From Guillardia theta CCMP2712 (taxonomy: Eukaryota > Protista > Cryptophyta): a DNA stretch of 64,000 bases. The notes beneath the pieces were generated by a model that was not told the origin of the DNA, made no database searches, and saw only the letters and a program-made list of their open reading frames with translations. Positions 35,296-48,989 of the stretch are shown here, piece after piece. The position numbers and the translations under genes were made by a program. Where the stretch lies: positions 473,319-537,318 of the forward strand of contig NW_005434657.1 of the NCBI RefSeq assembly GCF_000315625.1, given 5' to 3'. The stretch's first letter is position 1, and every line of letters begins with the position of its first letter.

Positions 35296-38200
35296 GAGGA
35301 GGAGGAGGAGGAGGAGGAGGAGAGAGGAAGAAGCAGCAGCTTACGTTGGCTGTCCCACAGTTGCACACGACGATCTGGTGAGAAGGGCAGGAGGTCAGGG
35401 AGGACCCACGAGGCTCTCAGTGTCTCACCGCATTTCCGGACCCACATTGGTTACACTTAAACCTCTGCTCGCCTTTCGGGATCCGGTTGGGAGCGGAGCA
35501 GCTCATGCACTCGATGCTCTCGTGGGGCTCGTCCTGGTCGTAGGATGTCTGCTGGAGGGGAGGCTGGCCATTCATGTTCATCAGCCCCTGGTCGAAGTGA
35601 GAGCTTCCTTCCGGTCCTCGAGGGTCGAAAGTCTGGACATTCGTGGACCCCGCGCTCGATTGGCCGGAAGGAAACTGATACAAACGACTCAGACGAGGAG
35701 GGGAGAAGGAAGCGAGGAGGGGGGGGAGTACAGAGAATATGATTTGAGGAGGATGCACAAGACGGTGAAGGTCGCATGCTACCTGCTCCGTCATGAATTG
35801 GCCACTGAACGAGAAATCGTTGTAGCCTCCTTGCATGGAGTTTTGAAACTGGTTGTTTTGCTGCACCTGCTGCATGCTAGTGCTCGGCTGGTATTGCTGC
35901 TGTGAATGATTCACCTGCTGCTGATTTTGATAGAAAGGATCTTGAGAGGAAGAAAATTGCGAAGAGTGGAGGTGAAGTTGTTGTTGTTGCTGCTGCTGCT
36001 GCTGCTGCTGTTGATGAAGATGATTCTGATAATTCTGATCATGCTGGTGCTGGTGCTGGTGCTGGTGCTGGTGCTGGTGCTGGTGCTGGTGCTGGCTCGC
36101 TTTGGCTTGTTGCATGGCTGATTGTTGCGGAGTAAGCTGACCAATCAATTCTCTTTGAGGGAAGCTGAAAAGCAAACACAAGTAAGGGAACTATTGGTAA
36201 TGGAACGATCAAGAACCTGAATATCCCCTCACATTTTGGGCACCCGTACTTGGCCGAACCTGTAAACCAACACAAATCAAACAGAAAAAGCAGCAGGAAG
36301 TTATACACGAAACGGAGATGGGGTGAAAGTACTCAATTCACGCAAAATCAAAATATTACGCACCTTGCTTGACTGTCAACGGTTGGCCACAGCGAGAGCA
36401 AGTGAGCATGTAATCTCCTGAAGGCAAGATGCTGTAAGAAACTTCGGCTTTCTTGCCAGGTTGTGAGTTCTCGAACTCTTGAATGGCTTCTTTCTTCTGT
36501 TGATCAGTGAGCTTCTCGTCTTCGGCGTCACATATGAGACTCTCGTCCATTTCCACAGTTCGAATCATCCCCCATCTCTGCTTTGCAAATTGATCCTTCC
36601 CGTTCTGGGAAGGCGCCCTCCTCAGCATGCTCCGAAGGATCTGGTCTTTCTTCAAGGTCTCCTCCACCTCCATCTGCTTCTTCTTCGATGGCGCAGACCA
36701 TCCTTCGTCCTCCACGTCGTCCAGGTTCACTTCGTCGTGCAGAGTTAGAAGCTCCTTCATCTCAAACTCCAAATCTTTGCCCTTGAAATGCCTCTGCACT
36801 TGCCATGAGTCTACTGCACGAGCTGACCTGCTCTGCTTGTTGATCTGCCTCTTGTAGATCTTTTCTTCCATTGTCCCCCAGGACACCAAACGATACACAT
36901 AAACTGGGCGGGTTTGCCCATAGCGATAAGTTCTGAATATTGCCTGCAGATCATGGGAAGGATTGAAACTGCAATCAAACAAGACAACACGGTTTGCTGC
37001 GACCATATTTACACCCAGAGATCCCGCTCGAGTTGAGATCAGGAACAGTCGAGCACGAGAGTTGGCTATGTCGTTGAAGTTGTCGATGTCATCCTGACGC
37101 TGTTTGGAGCTCCTTGAACCATCCAAACGGTAGTAGTCATGCTCTCTTCGATAATACTTTCCGCACACGGGATTTCTCTCCAACAATTTCTCAATCACAT
37201 CCAACATGGTGAGAGACTGGCTGAAAACCAGAACTTTCTCGTCTACCCTGCTTGCTTCAGTCAGCAACTTCCACAAAACCAAGACTTTGCCAGAGTGTTC
37301 CAGCGACATCACGCTCTGCAGAAACAGATCGCAAGTGAGCAAAAGAAGTGGAATCAGTATCATTGCATACCTCTTCATTGAGATTTGCTGCTTCGAAGAG
37401 CTTCATGTACCAAGAGGCGTTATAAGGTTTGTTCTGATTACCCCTCCCAAACAGCTTCGAGAGAGGGGGAGGGTCTGTGCACTGAACATCTGAGTCATAG
37501 TCGTCACCATCCATGGTTTCGGTATTCGAGTTTGCTGTCCCAGCGTTACTCTCAGTTTGATTGTCGTCTTCGGGGTGCTTTTTGGAGTTCCACAAGATGG
37601 CAGGATGGTTCCAAATCTTCATGAGCGTGTGGAAAGCCTTGAAGACGCTTTCGATTCCGCATTCTTCTTGGTTCTCGACGGCGTATCTGTACAGTCTTTG
37701 CTGCAAAGGGGAAAGTCGAATTTGTAGGGTGAACTCAAACTTGGGCGGCAGGGCTTTGATCAGGGGGGTATAGTCCTTTCTTTGCACCATATGACACAAT
37801 TTCTGGTGCAACACGAAATTTCTTCTCTTCATCACTTGAACATCCCTTTCGTCCGCATCTTCAGCCTCACCGTTCAGAATCGGGATCTCGAAGCGGTTTC
37901 TGAAGTCTGAAAGAGATCCAAGGTAGCCTGGGTTTATGAAATCGACCATACAATGATATTCTGTCAAATTGTTTTGCAGAGGTGAACCTGTCAGGACGAC
38001 CCTCCTCTTAGTTTCGACTCCAGAAAGTGCCTTTGAAATGTTTGACTTGTGGTTTCTCAAAATGTGCCCTTCATCTGCTATAACAATGCCTGGCCCAGGA
38101 CTCTTCAGAAACCTGTGGAGCTTGCCTCGAAGTTCTTTGTCGTTGATTCGAGTACCCTGACCAAGATTTCTGTACATTTCGTACCCCATGCACATCACTC

Positions 38201-40008
38201 CCCCTCGCCTGAACCAGAGTTCAAGACAATCGCATCTACTCTTCGTAGTTCGCCCAGCTTCATCAAGGATGTATATCTGCAGTAAAAGCAGACGTCAGGA
38301 TACAGGTGCAGAGCAAGGACAAAGCAGGGAAGCAAAGTTGAAATTGAAGCAATGTTCAACCTCGATCTGTCGTCCGCATGGCAGTCTGCCACCATCGGGT
38401 AACCAACGTTCAAGTTCCGCTTTCCAATTATGTAACGTATTGACAGGCCCGAGGACAAGCATGCGCCGCAACTCAACGTTGTCACGAGGTATGTTGGCCG
38501 CAATCGTGTGAAGCAAAGTTATAACCTGTGATGAGAGATCAATCCAAGTCCAACAAAAGACAAAGTCACTATCTTCATCTATCTCACCTGAAAAGTTTTT
38601 CCGAGTCCCATATTGTGAGCAAGAATACATCCAGTGCCCTTATCATTCTCCTCCAGTGCCAACAAGGAACCTAGCCCTCCGCGTGCTTTCTTGTCCGATC
38701 GCCCATCCATCAGTCTGCGCCACATGAAACGCACACCCTCTATCTGATGATCTTTCATCCTCACAGCCAATTTAGGGTGGATTCGGATCTGGGAAGAGGA
38801 TTCAGCTTGCGGATTGATTATGTCCCGCAAGTGGTCATCGCTGCCTTTTTTAAGGATCTCTTGCTCCCATTTTCTGCGCTCTTCCTCCCGTTCTTGCAAG
38901 CTCCTTGTCTCCGCACTTAATGCAGAGTCGTCCTTGATCTTTCGGATCTTCCTTTTGTCCTTTCCAAGAACTTTTCGCTTCCGCTTACCATCTTGGCCTT
39001 CGCCATCTTTCTTCTCAGCATTATCTCCGTCTTCCTCATCACCAGATCCACTCTCTTCCTCGTTGTCTTCATTCCCAGATGCCTCCTCCTCCTCAGACGC
39101 CAGGGATTGCTGGTCTTCCCCTTCACTGTCGTTGATAATAGGCTGTGAGACTATGTCATCGGCATCCCCTTCGTCGTCTCCATCGTCATCTTCATCCTCC
39201 TCTGCATCATCACCATCGTCACCATCGTCAACACTATCCATGCTGTCTAGCCCATTCTTGCTATCCATATCCGCATCAGGAAAGGCCTGCTGCGCCGGGG
39301 CCTCCTCTTCCATTTCGCTTGCAGGCAAGGTCACGGCCGCGGCCTGGACATCCTCGTCCTGCGGCTGGAATTCTGCCTCCTGCTGCAAGTCGCTGTTGTC
39401 TCCAGCCGACACGTCACTTGATGGTTCTGCATAGCCTTCCTCCGGCCAGAATTGCGCGTTGCTCTCACCCGCAAGCTGCTCTGCCCCTGCATGGACCTCG
39501 GTCGCCTCATGTGGCATGTCGTCCGCATAGTCATGTTCAGCCCTTTCATCTCCCATTCCCTCCTCATCACCACTCGCACCGGAGTTGACCCCATCGAGAT
39601 CAACCTCCATGCTTTACAGGTGTTGAAATTCGAGACGATCTGTCTGTCAGGTAGGTCACCCCCTAGCTCTTCCAAGCTGCCCAGCAGAGAGGGGCGAAAT
39701 GGTCAGAGCGATCTCCCATCGCAGCCCACCGTCGAATGATATCAGTAGGACCACTTTTTACTCCTTTCTTTTGAAGCTGCTTGAAGCTGTTCGGCAAGAC
39801 CCTTGGTAAAGGCCACTGATCTTAGTCACGTTCAGGCGATGAAGGTAAAGTCAGACGGGCAAAATTTTAGGGGCTAGAAGCTGCACGAGGAAGAAGCAGC
39901 TGTGGCGACTGGAGCACTCAATCCCTCAGCTCTGAGAACTTCTAGAACTCGCTCGCCGTCCTGCATAAGCACGCGAATCCCTGTGCTTCGCCTCCTTCAC
40001 GTCCTCCA
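34790..40008 (-). CDS. ATRX: ATRX/RAD54L2-like SNF2-family chromatin remodeler with C-terminal Gln-rich region and zinc ribbons
   Basis: GCILAHNMGLGKTFQV, DEGH, LTGSPLQNNLTEYHCMVDF, KVLVFSQSL, YYRLDGS, LFLISTRAGSLGVN, FNPSHDLQAIFRTYRYGQ, plus the ATRX-type KIRKIKDD...ET...EEERR motif. Confidence 0.92.
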
Positions 40009-40059
40009 TGCGCTGCCATCGGCAGGGGAGCAGATCATAGCAGGGGGGTGAGGGCAGGA

Positions 40060-40450
40060 AAGGTACCCCTCAATTTGACTGAAATATGGAGACAAATGGA
40101 GGGGTACTTTTATTTTTTTTCCGACATTTAGTACCAGTGAGAGGAGAACTGTCATCGGCTCGATGAATGGGGTCTTCTAAAATTAACTTGTTGGTTGGGT
40201 GTACTGGTTTGGAAAATCTATAGTACTGTGGATGAGTGTGAGTGGTACGACAAGGTGAGACATGTATTTTATTACTGTACAAGCTGAGGAAAATATATAG
40301 AAAGATTTGTATATATACCAGTACTATCTCCTTTTTCCTAGAAATTGACTGGGAGAGAGTGGCTCTAGATTGATACGCAATAACCCTTTTTAGGAGTGTG
40401 GATGGGGTACAAAAATCGAGGGCTTGGTTTTAAAATTAAAATATTTTTAA
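40060..40450 (-). repeat. GGGGT/AT-rich intergenic tract upstream of the ATRX-like gene
   Basis: GGGGTAC, TGGGGTC and TTGGGTG motifs in an AT-rich context; weaker than the other copies. Confidence 0.35.
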
Positions 40451-41071
40451 TTTCACTCAAAAAAATCAGGACAGGAGGCGTTGCAGACTAGCAGCATTAG
40501 CATGGCTAGGAGGGGCAGAGGGCAGGGAAGGGGAAGGGATCGGGAGTGGGAGAATATGGTCCTGTTGTCGGAGTGCAAACAAACTTCTTTTGTTGTTGCC
40601 AGGTTTCCATCATGAAGAGGAATGTAGCATGATTGAAAGATCAGATTGTGAACTTGAAGTCGGAACACTGAAGTATTGATCCTCGTTGTATGAATCAACA
40701 TTCTGTTTGCAACAACATGTTATTTTCTAGATTTTTTTAATCTCTGTTTGGTCCCATTCCCGAAGCGCAGAGCTTTGTTTCATCATCAGCCAGTGTTGAT
40801 GCGAGTGTCTATTATGTCGATAGTGAAGTCAGTGATGTTTATCTGTGCACGGCGGGTTGAGCAGAGAGCATATGAATCAAATGCTCGTATGTTGTTTACA
40901 TACACAGCATGCAACAGTTTTCTGACTGATCAAGAGGAATGAGACGTATCGGAGCAAGTCCATTTGATCATTCCACGCAGCATCCTTTCCCCCCTCTCTT
41001 TCCCTCCCCTCCTTTTATCGTGCTCTGTTCCTCTTTCTTCTTAGTGTAACTACTATACTGCTAGTCTTCCT

Positions 41072-43014
41072 CTACTTGTGCATTACAACCTGCAAGTTCG
41101 TCAAGAATGCCTCCATTTCTCGGTTCTTGTGTGCTCGAGCGACTTGAAGAACACTCCATCCTTCGCCGTCCCTCATCTCCAGCAGCGGCTTATGACCATA
41201 GGAGATGAGCGTCTCAGCAACTACCAGCTGATTCCCAGCACACGCCAGGTGGAGAGCCGTTCCGCCTTCAGCCGTGGGCTCGAAGATAAGCTTCTTCCCT
41301 CCAGCCAGGCACAGGAAGCTGACGGCTTCGTCTCTCCCGTTGTACGCTGCTGCGTGCATGGGCGTCCACTCATCGACATTCCGTTCAAAGAGCATCTCTT
41401 GGGGCCCCAGCTCGAGGATCTTGCTCATAGTGTCCACGTGCCCATGCACAGCAGCCACGTGCAGCAAGTTGCTTCCCCTGTCTGTGCGTTCCCGTATTTT
41501 GCTCCGCTCCCCAGCAAGAACAAAGAATTCCAATAGATCGCTCCTCCCAAACTGTGCAGCTACATGCAGGCAAGTGCGACCCTTGTAGTCCCTCATGTCC
41601 AAGATGCCCCTTCCTCCGCACTCTATGAAGCTTCGACAAAGTTGCTCGTGCCCTCCTGCTGCAGCGTAGTGCATGGCGGTACGGTCCTTCGCATCCTGAA
41701 GCATGAGGAGCTTCTTGCCACCACGCGTTAACAGGTACTCGGCTATTTCACAGTTACCAACTCGTGATGCGACGTGCAAAGCCGTCTGAACCATCTCGTC
41801 TCCTTCAAAGAGAAGACTTTCGCCTCCTTCTGCAAGGATCCGACTGACCACGTCCACGTTGTCGTTCTCACAAGCAATATGAAGGGCGGTCCCTCCACCG
41901 GCTACCTTCTCAGATAGAATTCTCGAGCCTGCTTGCTGCAGAATGAATTCAACCAACTCGGTATTCCCATAGAAGCATGCAACATGGAGGATGGTCCACT
42001 CAAGTTCGTCTTTCTCAAAGAGGACTTCTTTGCTTCCTTGGACTATACTCCTGGCAGCTGCTAAGTCTCCTGACTTGCAAGCATGAATGAGGTTGCGAAA
42101 AGTGGAATCTTCGCAATCGCTCTCCTGCATCTTTGGCCTAAAACTTTTCTCCTGACAGAAACTTTGGGATAAGATAGAATCCCTCTTGCCTTTCACGAAG
42201 CTGCGTTCTTTCGTGTCCTCCCCGAACTTGAAGTCTTGTCCGCTCACAAACAAGAGGTCCGGGTGGAATTGCTGCTGATGATCATCTTGGAAATTTTGGT
42301 TGTCTTTGTTGTCTCTGTCATCAGGAGACCCTGGTTGACAAGTCTTCATCTCTTCCTTGCTTTTCTGCTGAGAGGTCAGCTTTCCCCTTCCCAAGTTTGT
42401 TCATCTCACATTTGCAAATCTTGGGTTCAACCGGAGGCAAGCATTGATGTCTTCCAGAGCCGCATCTGGCTGCCCAGCCTGCAGGTAGGCTTGAGACCTC
42501 CTCCCTGCGTGACGCCCGGAGTGAGAAAAATCAGTCGTTGTTGCCACATGATCAAGATTGAATGAATGGACATTTGCGGGTATACCATATATTTTGGCGA
42601 GTGCAGGGGCTGACAAATGATGCTGCCAAAAACTTGAATCAGGGGACCAACCCAAAGCGTCTGAAACACTCCAGAACATTGCTCTCACCTCTCCGACTTC
42701 CACGGCTCTTGAATAGTGAACAATAGCTTCCTCGTAGTTCTCAGCCATACTGGAGGCATGTGTCAAGAAACCCCGATCGCCTCACATCACGTCACGGACA
42801 CACTGACATGGCCTTGTCTGCTCTGGACAGCATTGCTTTGATGATCCAGTAGATGGCCCGAGGAATCTGGAAGCGAAACGATGAGCCATGGCCTACCAAA
42901 GCACAGGAATGGACTGCCAGAGCCGACCTTAGTTGGGCAAACTGCCCCGTTGCCATCGCCGTCTTCGAAGTAGGAATCAGCCAGGCTTCGTGGCGTTGCA
43001 GACTCCGAGGCCAT
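41072..43014 (-). CDS. TPR plus ankyrin-repeat protein
   Basis: Short 5' exons ENYEEAIVHYSRAVEV and RSQAYLQAGQPDAALEDINACLRLNP (TPR), then one 1.3 kb exon with about 9 ankyrin repeats (WTILHVAC, TALHIAC, TALHVAS, TAMHYAA, TCLHVAA, WTPMHAAA and others). Confidence 0.85.
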
Positions 43015-43876
43015 CGCGTATGACTGAATGCGCTCCTCTCAGCCAGCCAGGCGCTCCTTTTGCGAGGTTGCAGTGACGGAGACTCTGTCCGAGGCAGCCA
43101 CACTGCCCTGATCACCAATCCGGGGGTCGTGGCCCAGGCTCAGCCTGGCAGTGGCTCAGGCTCGTCCTCTTGCCTCACGTCCTCCTCCTTGTATCCTCCC
43201 TTGCGGGCAAGAGAGAAGGAGAACTGACGAAACGGCGGCAGTCGGAAAAGTTCTCAGCCGCTTTCGGTTCTCCGACTGTCGGCGGTTGAAATTATTTGAC
43301 TGACCGTTACTCGCTGGTTGTTCCAGGATAACTCAGTCAGTTATAACCGTTACACCGCTCTCTGCCAAAGGGCGTCTAATGCAGGTCGAGGTATGTGAAG
43401 GAGGAGGAGGGTGGTGTAGGAAGAGGAGAAGGAGAAGGAGGAGGAGAAGGAAGAGAAGGAGGAGGACAGGTGCGAGCAAGCTAGAGATTGCTCAGTATAG
43501 GGCATGATTTTCTTGTTTCTCTCTGGCCTTGCGCAAGTGCTGGTGGGAAGCGGGCAAGAGAAGTTTGGGGAGGCTCCGTTGTTTGCGGGCGGAACGATGT
43601 GCAGGCGAGTTGGAGCTGACATTGAGGCTGGGCTACATGGTGTGATATACCGTGAGGAGAGGGAAGAATCAGGCATGGTGCTCTAGAGACGAAGAAAAGG
43701 AGTCCATAACCAGTTGAGGGTGGTTCCGATTGCGATGTGCTTATTTGCAAACGCCGACCCAAATTTTGTGGCTGACTCTGACTTATTGATTCCAGGAAGA
43801 TCACTGATTTAAAATATTGAAAGGTATCTTTGACATGTCGTTCCTGCTATCCATGATCTCTCACAGGCCTCCACCA

Positions 43877-46800
43877 ATGTTGAGAACTTCTTGTCAACGG
43901 CTTCTAGTAGCCTTGGTTTGTCTTCCCTTCGCCTTCGCTGGCTCGTTTCTTTCGGGTTCCATCAGATGGAGGGTGAGGACAGGAATGTATGTTAACGTCT
44001 CAGCCCTTGATTGCCACGCTCTAGGTTGCCGATGTGAGCACCCACACAGTCGAGTTCCAAGTCGTGTCTTACTGGAACCGCTCGTTCTCGGCCTTTCAAA
44101 GCCCAACGTGAGAGCTTGTTTCTCAGGTGTTTCGTTCTGACAGGCTTGTGTAGCCTTGGACCACCTGTTTTGGGCAGCCTAGTAGACTTGCAAGCTCAGA
44201 GCACTGTGCGGTTGCGGTTTGGAGATGGTACCTGGACGGTATGGGAAACTTTCATTGATAGCTGATGTTGGAATTCTTTGAAATGACTGGCACGTCCAGT
44301 ATCTGAAAGGCATGATTACAAATATCAACGAGGCAGAGGATTGGATAGAAGTCGTCACAGCGCCCACTCCCAAAGCGTATTCACAGGCAAATTGACCCTA
44401 TGTATTGTTCGAATTTCAGGTTGATACCTTTTTTTCTAGGGCTTTGAATACAAATTCATCAATCAAAACTCTTTGTATACTGAAACTCAGGTAACTGTGC
44501 TTGTCTAAGTCAAAACAAGAATCTTCTGTGTCAAAATGCCAGGCTGATGTTTACCGTGCAGTTCATCTACGTCCCATGGAAAGTCACGTTCGAGGTTCTT
44601 GAGCATCTTACTCCCTGGACTCCTTCAACTGACCGGCACTTGACCAGGGATGTTGTCGTTACAGTGGATTGCAACGAGACAGCGATACTCCGTTCAATAT
44701 CACGTCAACAGTCCTTGTCGATGGTTCTGGTCTGTCCAACTTTTATGGTTGTGGAGGCAAATTGACCGTTTGTTCAGTATCCTTCTCCCCTGATCCCAGA
44801 GTTCTGCCTAAGGTATTTGATTTGGAGGAACCGATGGTCACGTCTGACATGCTCGATTGGAAGATTCATGTGCCAACTGGTGGTCTGTTCACGGTCACCA
44901 GCGTTGGTGAATACATTTCTGTCCGAGGCATCTCTGCCGAGTGAAATGACTCTTGGCCCAGTGCAAGATGTTAGCTACAATCAAGCTTCGAGCTCTTCGC
45001 TTCATTGGCAGGCCTGTGCAAACACGTGCGTTTCTCTGCATGATCAAATAGATTCGGTGACAAGGGTTTGGCAGTAATTTGCCAGACTTCACCAGACTAG
45101 ATGCCAATACAGGTGACAATGACTCGGAGAAACATCCACTTTGTTCGAACTTTCTGCAGGGGATATCAAGTGGGATGTCGCCATACCTGGCATATACCAT
45201 CTCTGTATCTCAGTTTCACTGGTAAGGAGTTTTTTTTGTAGCGGTTGGGGCTGGGGTGTTGATTAAGATTTTTAGGCCTCCCAGCCCACTGTGTATTCTG
45301 ATGTCGATTTCCTGGTTGTGAGTCAGGTAAGCCTTTGGAATTTGGCTCTTTGATCGGCTTGAAATACTAAAATGTCACATAAGGCTTCGCCATCTCCCAT
45401 TCAGATCAACACGGATTTCGCCAATGTTCTGAAAGGGTTGTCTGTCTCACTTCAACCTCTGAGTTGCTGATTTTGCGCAACAAGATTCGTCAATCTGAAT
45501 TTCAATGTGAATGTGCTGGCTTCGATTGAACCAACGATGATCAAGGCCGGAGACCAGATTGGCTTTCAAGGTGATAACAAACACAGAAGTGTGAGGGTGG
45601 ATCCATGAAAAACACAACCTTCTCTTGCTCGATGAGAATTTCTTATCACACTCTGGGCAGTCGGTTTCGTTCCCGCCATGAGGAACGGTCCTACAGCGCC
45701 AGACACCGGGCATTTCACAGTGGTCAGTGTGAGCTTGTCGAATCCTTTACCCTCATCCTCCGGCACTTCAGGCACAGATTGCTTCTGGAAGCGCCGAGGC
45801 GACTCTAAAGTTCACCGTACAACCTTGGATGGAAGGTGCTTGACTCGTCCTTGCGGAGGAGAGGAGAGGAGAGGAGAGGCGAGGAAGCTGAACGTTCGTG
45901 GTAGGATGGAACTCCTTCTGCTTTGCTGCCTACGTCATCAACGACATGAAGATCAGCAGCGCGAGCTCGATGAAGTGCAGCGATGCTTACTTCTTTGTGA
46001 GTGAATCCTCCACTTCGTGCTCTCTCAGCTCGCTCACACTCTTGAAAGGGCTCGGATGTCATCATGGTGGATGCGACTGCGGCAGAGCAATACAAGTATA
46101 GAGTAGCAGGGCAGGTGATGATGATCACAGAATCGTAGTTAACGACCTCAACATGGTTGCTAGGTGGTGGCCAATCACTTTGAGGTCCGTGAAGGAGTGC
46201 AGCTGAGGGTGAGTCGATCTCCTGGTTTCTCTCTCCCTTCCTCGGTCTTGCTTACCTCCTCTCACAGGTGTCCATCTCCGCTTGGATGCCCAACTCCCTC
46301 GGAGCCGTGGAGAGGTGACTGATAGACGCTGCATCCTTCCATTCCTCTTGATCCCTTGCTCTTCCTCTTCGACTTCCCACGTGGATCGCTCATTTCTCGG
46401 CAGGAGCATGGTCGCCGATCTCAACGGAAACGGAGTCCTCGATGAGTCTGAGGTAGAAGAGCTGTCCTTCCTCAGGGAGACTCAAGTAGCCTGCCAGGTT
46501 CAGATCTTCTACGGCAACAGACCTCGACCCTTGGGAGCCACTCTGACCAGTGCGTTGGAGGAGAGGCGGCGCCGCGCCGCGCCCTGACCCTCTCCGCTGC
46601 CAGATGTTTCGCTCAACACCTCGATCCTCACTTACGAGCCCCCACGGACATATGCCGGCGCGGACATTGAGATTTGCATCAACGCGCAAGGAGCGTCAAG
46701 CGCTGCAACCTTGTCGAAAGTCAACCAGGTAAAGACGAGGAGCAGATCGCGAGGAGCTCTCAGTACCTCTGACTCCCCCGTCCAGTTCTGCATCACCATC

Positions 46801-47507
46801 ATGGTGAAAAAATGCGTTTGGACCGTCAAGGTAATTCTTCTCACTGAACGATCGTTCCCTGACTCTCTCCCCGATAGACCGGAGAGTCCTTCATCTCCAT
46901 TGCACAGGTTTGCCCTCTTTCCCTGCCCCCCCCCCCCCCCCTGCCTCAACTACCGCCAGAGCATCGGGATCTCATGGCTGCAACTGTGGAACTTCAACAA
47001 GGTTCTGCTGCCTGGTGCTGGCAGTGGCCGAGAAGTGACGGTCGGGGCAGGGGAACTACTCGAGGCCGGACATCGACCTGCGAACAGGAGATCCGGTGAA
47101 TGTCGGGCAGCTCTACCAGGTGAGCCTGGTGGATCGGAGAGGATGGTGAGATAGCTGAGAATGAGCACAGGTTGATAATGGAGACACTCTGTACAACATC
47201 GCCGACAGATTTTCCTCCACAGTCCCCATCCTTTACGGTGACAGCACCTTTGTCTGTCCCTTTGCTCCCGTTCTCCCATGTGTTGCATCATGACCTCTTG
47301 ATCTGTCTTGTCATCGTGTCTCCTCCATCGCTTCACGTCTTGATGTACCACACTTGCTGATTTCGCCCGCGCAGCTCTCAACGGTGCACTGGACCCGCAG
47401 GTTCCCATCTACACAGGACAGGTGCGATCATTTGAATTGATGTTTCCAACGCTCAATCACGATCGCAGTTGATCTGCATAGCATTTGCGTCATGCGCCAA
47501 CACATAA
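43877..47507 (+). CDS. Large secreted protein with an EF-hand-like loop and two C-terminal LysM domains (many exons; continuity of the whole span is inferred)
   Basis: Signal peptide MLRTSCQRLLVALVCLPFAFA; loop DLNGNGVLDESE; spliced end CVWTVK|TGESFISIAQ|SIGISWLQLWNFNK|...VNVGQLYQ|VDNGDTLYNIADRFSSTVPILY|ALNGALDPQVPIYTGQ|LICIAFASCANT*. Confidence 0.72.
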
Positions 47508-47711
47508 CGAGGAGGTCTGGCTCTTCGACCTACAAGACCGGACAAATCTTACAGATGTTTTGATATTGTTAACTCAAGTCTAGACGAGAGAAAATAACTG
47601 ATGTGAATAGCCGACAATACAGACAAAAAGAAATTTATTCATGTGCTCTCGTCCTAGTGGCGACGTCGGCTCGGTTTTGTACAGAGGAACCTCATACGAG
47701 GCAAAAACTTT

Positions 47712-48555
47712 CTAATTTCCTTCAGCGGCCTTCTTCTCGGCCGCCTTCTTCAGCCACATCTGCATCCTGGCCTCGATTGCAGCATCCTGCGCCAAGAAGT
47801 CAACCAACATCCAAAAAGCACTCTCACATGCACATAAGGTACACAAGGCACAGCACACGAAGACAGAGCAGAAGGGTCATCATCACTGTCGCAAACTCTG
47901 ACGTTACCTCCTCGGCCTTCTGCTTCTCACGAGCCTCCCTGGCAGCCTTCAGCTCGGGATCCTCGTCGAGCCAGCTGGTGGACTGCTTCTCGAACCCGGT
48001 CACAGACTTGTCGATCCATGCAAGAGGATCCTCCTCCTTCTCCATGTCCTCGGGAGCCCCCCATGCTCCCTCCTGCACTTTGTAAGATGGCTTCACAGTG
48101 GTGATGTCATTTCCAGCAATATCGGTAACCTGTCCAACACTGAGGTCATTCTTCCGTGGCGCGTCCTCAGATCTCAGTACCTTTCCTCCACTCTCTGCTG
48201 CTCTCTTCTTCATGTACTCCTCGAAGCTTGCGGGCCCCGTCGGAATCTTGCCCGAGGCTCCTCCAGTTCCAGAGCCACTCCAGTCATCCTTGGATCGCTT
48301 CTCGATCGTCTCGAAGATCGCCTTGGCTCCTCCGCCGAACCCGTCTTTGCGATCGATGGGCTTGCCGTTGAACTGCATGTTGAGAGAGGACAAGCATCCT
48401 GCATGATTGTCAGGTAAACCGATACGACAAGATCGGAAGAGAAGCGGGAGGAGCCTACCAGATGTTCTGAGGCTGTTGCGAAGCGGAAGTGGAGTCGGTG
48501 CGAAGGCTTCAGCGATCGCCAAAGCAGTGACAGCTACAGCAGAAGTTCTCAACAT
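47712..48555 (-). CDS. Plastid-targeted protein of unknown function (bipartite targeting peptide)
   Basis: MLRTSAVAVTALAIAEA-FAPTPLPLRNSLRTS is a signal peptide with an ASAFAP-type cleavage motif and a transit peptide. The protein ends ...MQMWLKKAAEKKAAEGN*. Confidence 0.78.
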
Positions 48556-48989
48556 CTTGGTTCCTGTACCACAAGTCAATCATCTGTGAACCTCTCTTAT
48601 AATGAAACATTGGAAGTCAAGTCATCGTGTCGTGCTAGAGGCGAAGGTCGAGGAGCACAACAGAGGTTTCGCATCTATCCTGTCGCCCGCTCACTCTCTA
48701 TCTTCATAGTGATCCTCACAACACACTTGCTTTCTTCCTGGAATGCTCTCTACACGGTGGTATGTTCGTTTGGCGTTCTCAATCTAGTTCCCCGCTTCTC
48801 AAGCAACCATACAGTATTCTGCATTGCGTATTTGTTGCAAAAAAGAATTCCCCAAAGGGCTTGTTGAGACATTTCGGATGTGTGTATCTAAATGTTCTTG
48901 TTCAAATTCAAAAGTTAGCAAGTAAATCTATAATTTGTGCTAGTTTTCATATATTTTTGTGGGTCATTGGGCCTATTTTACAGCTATAG

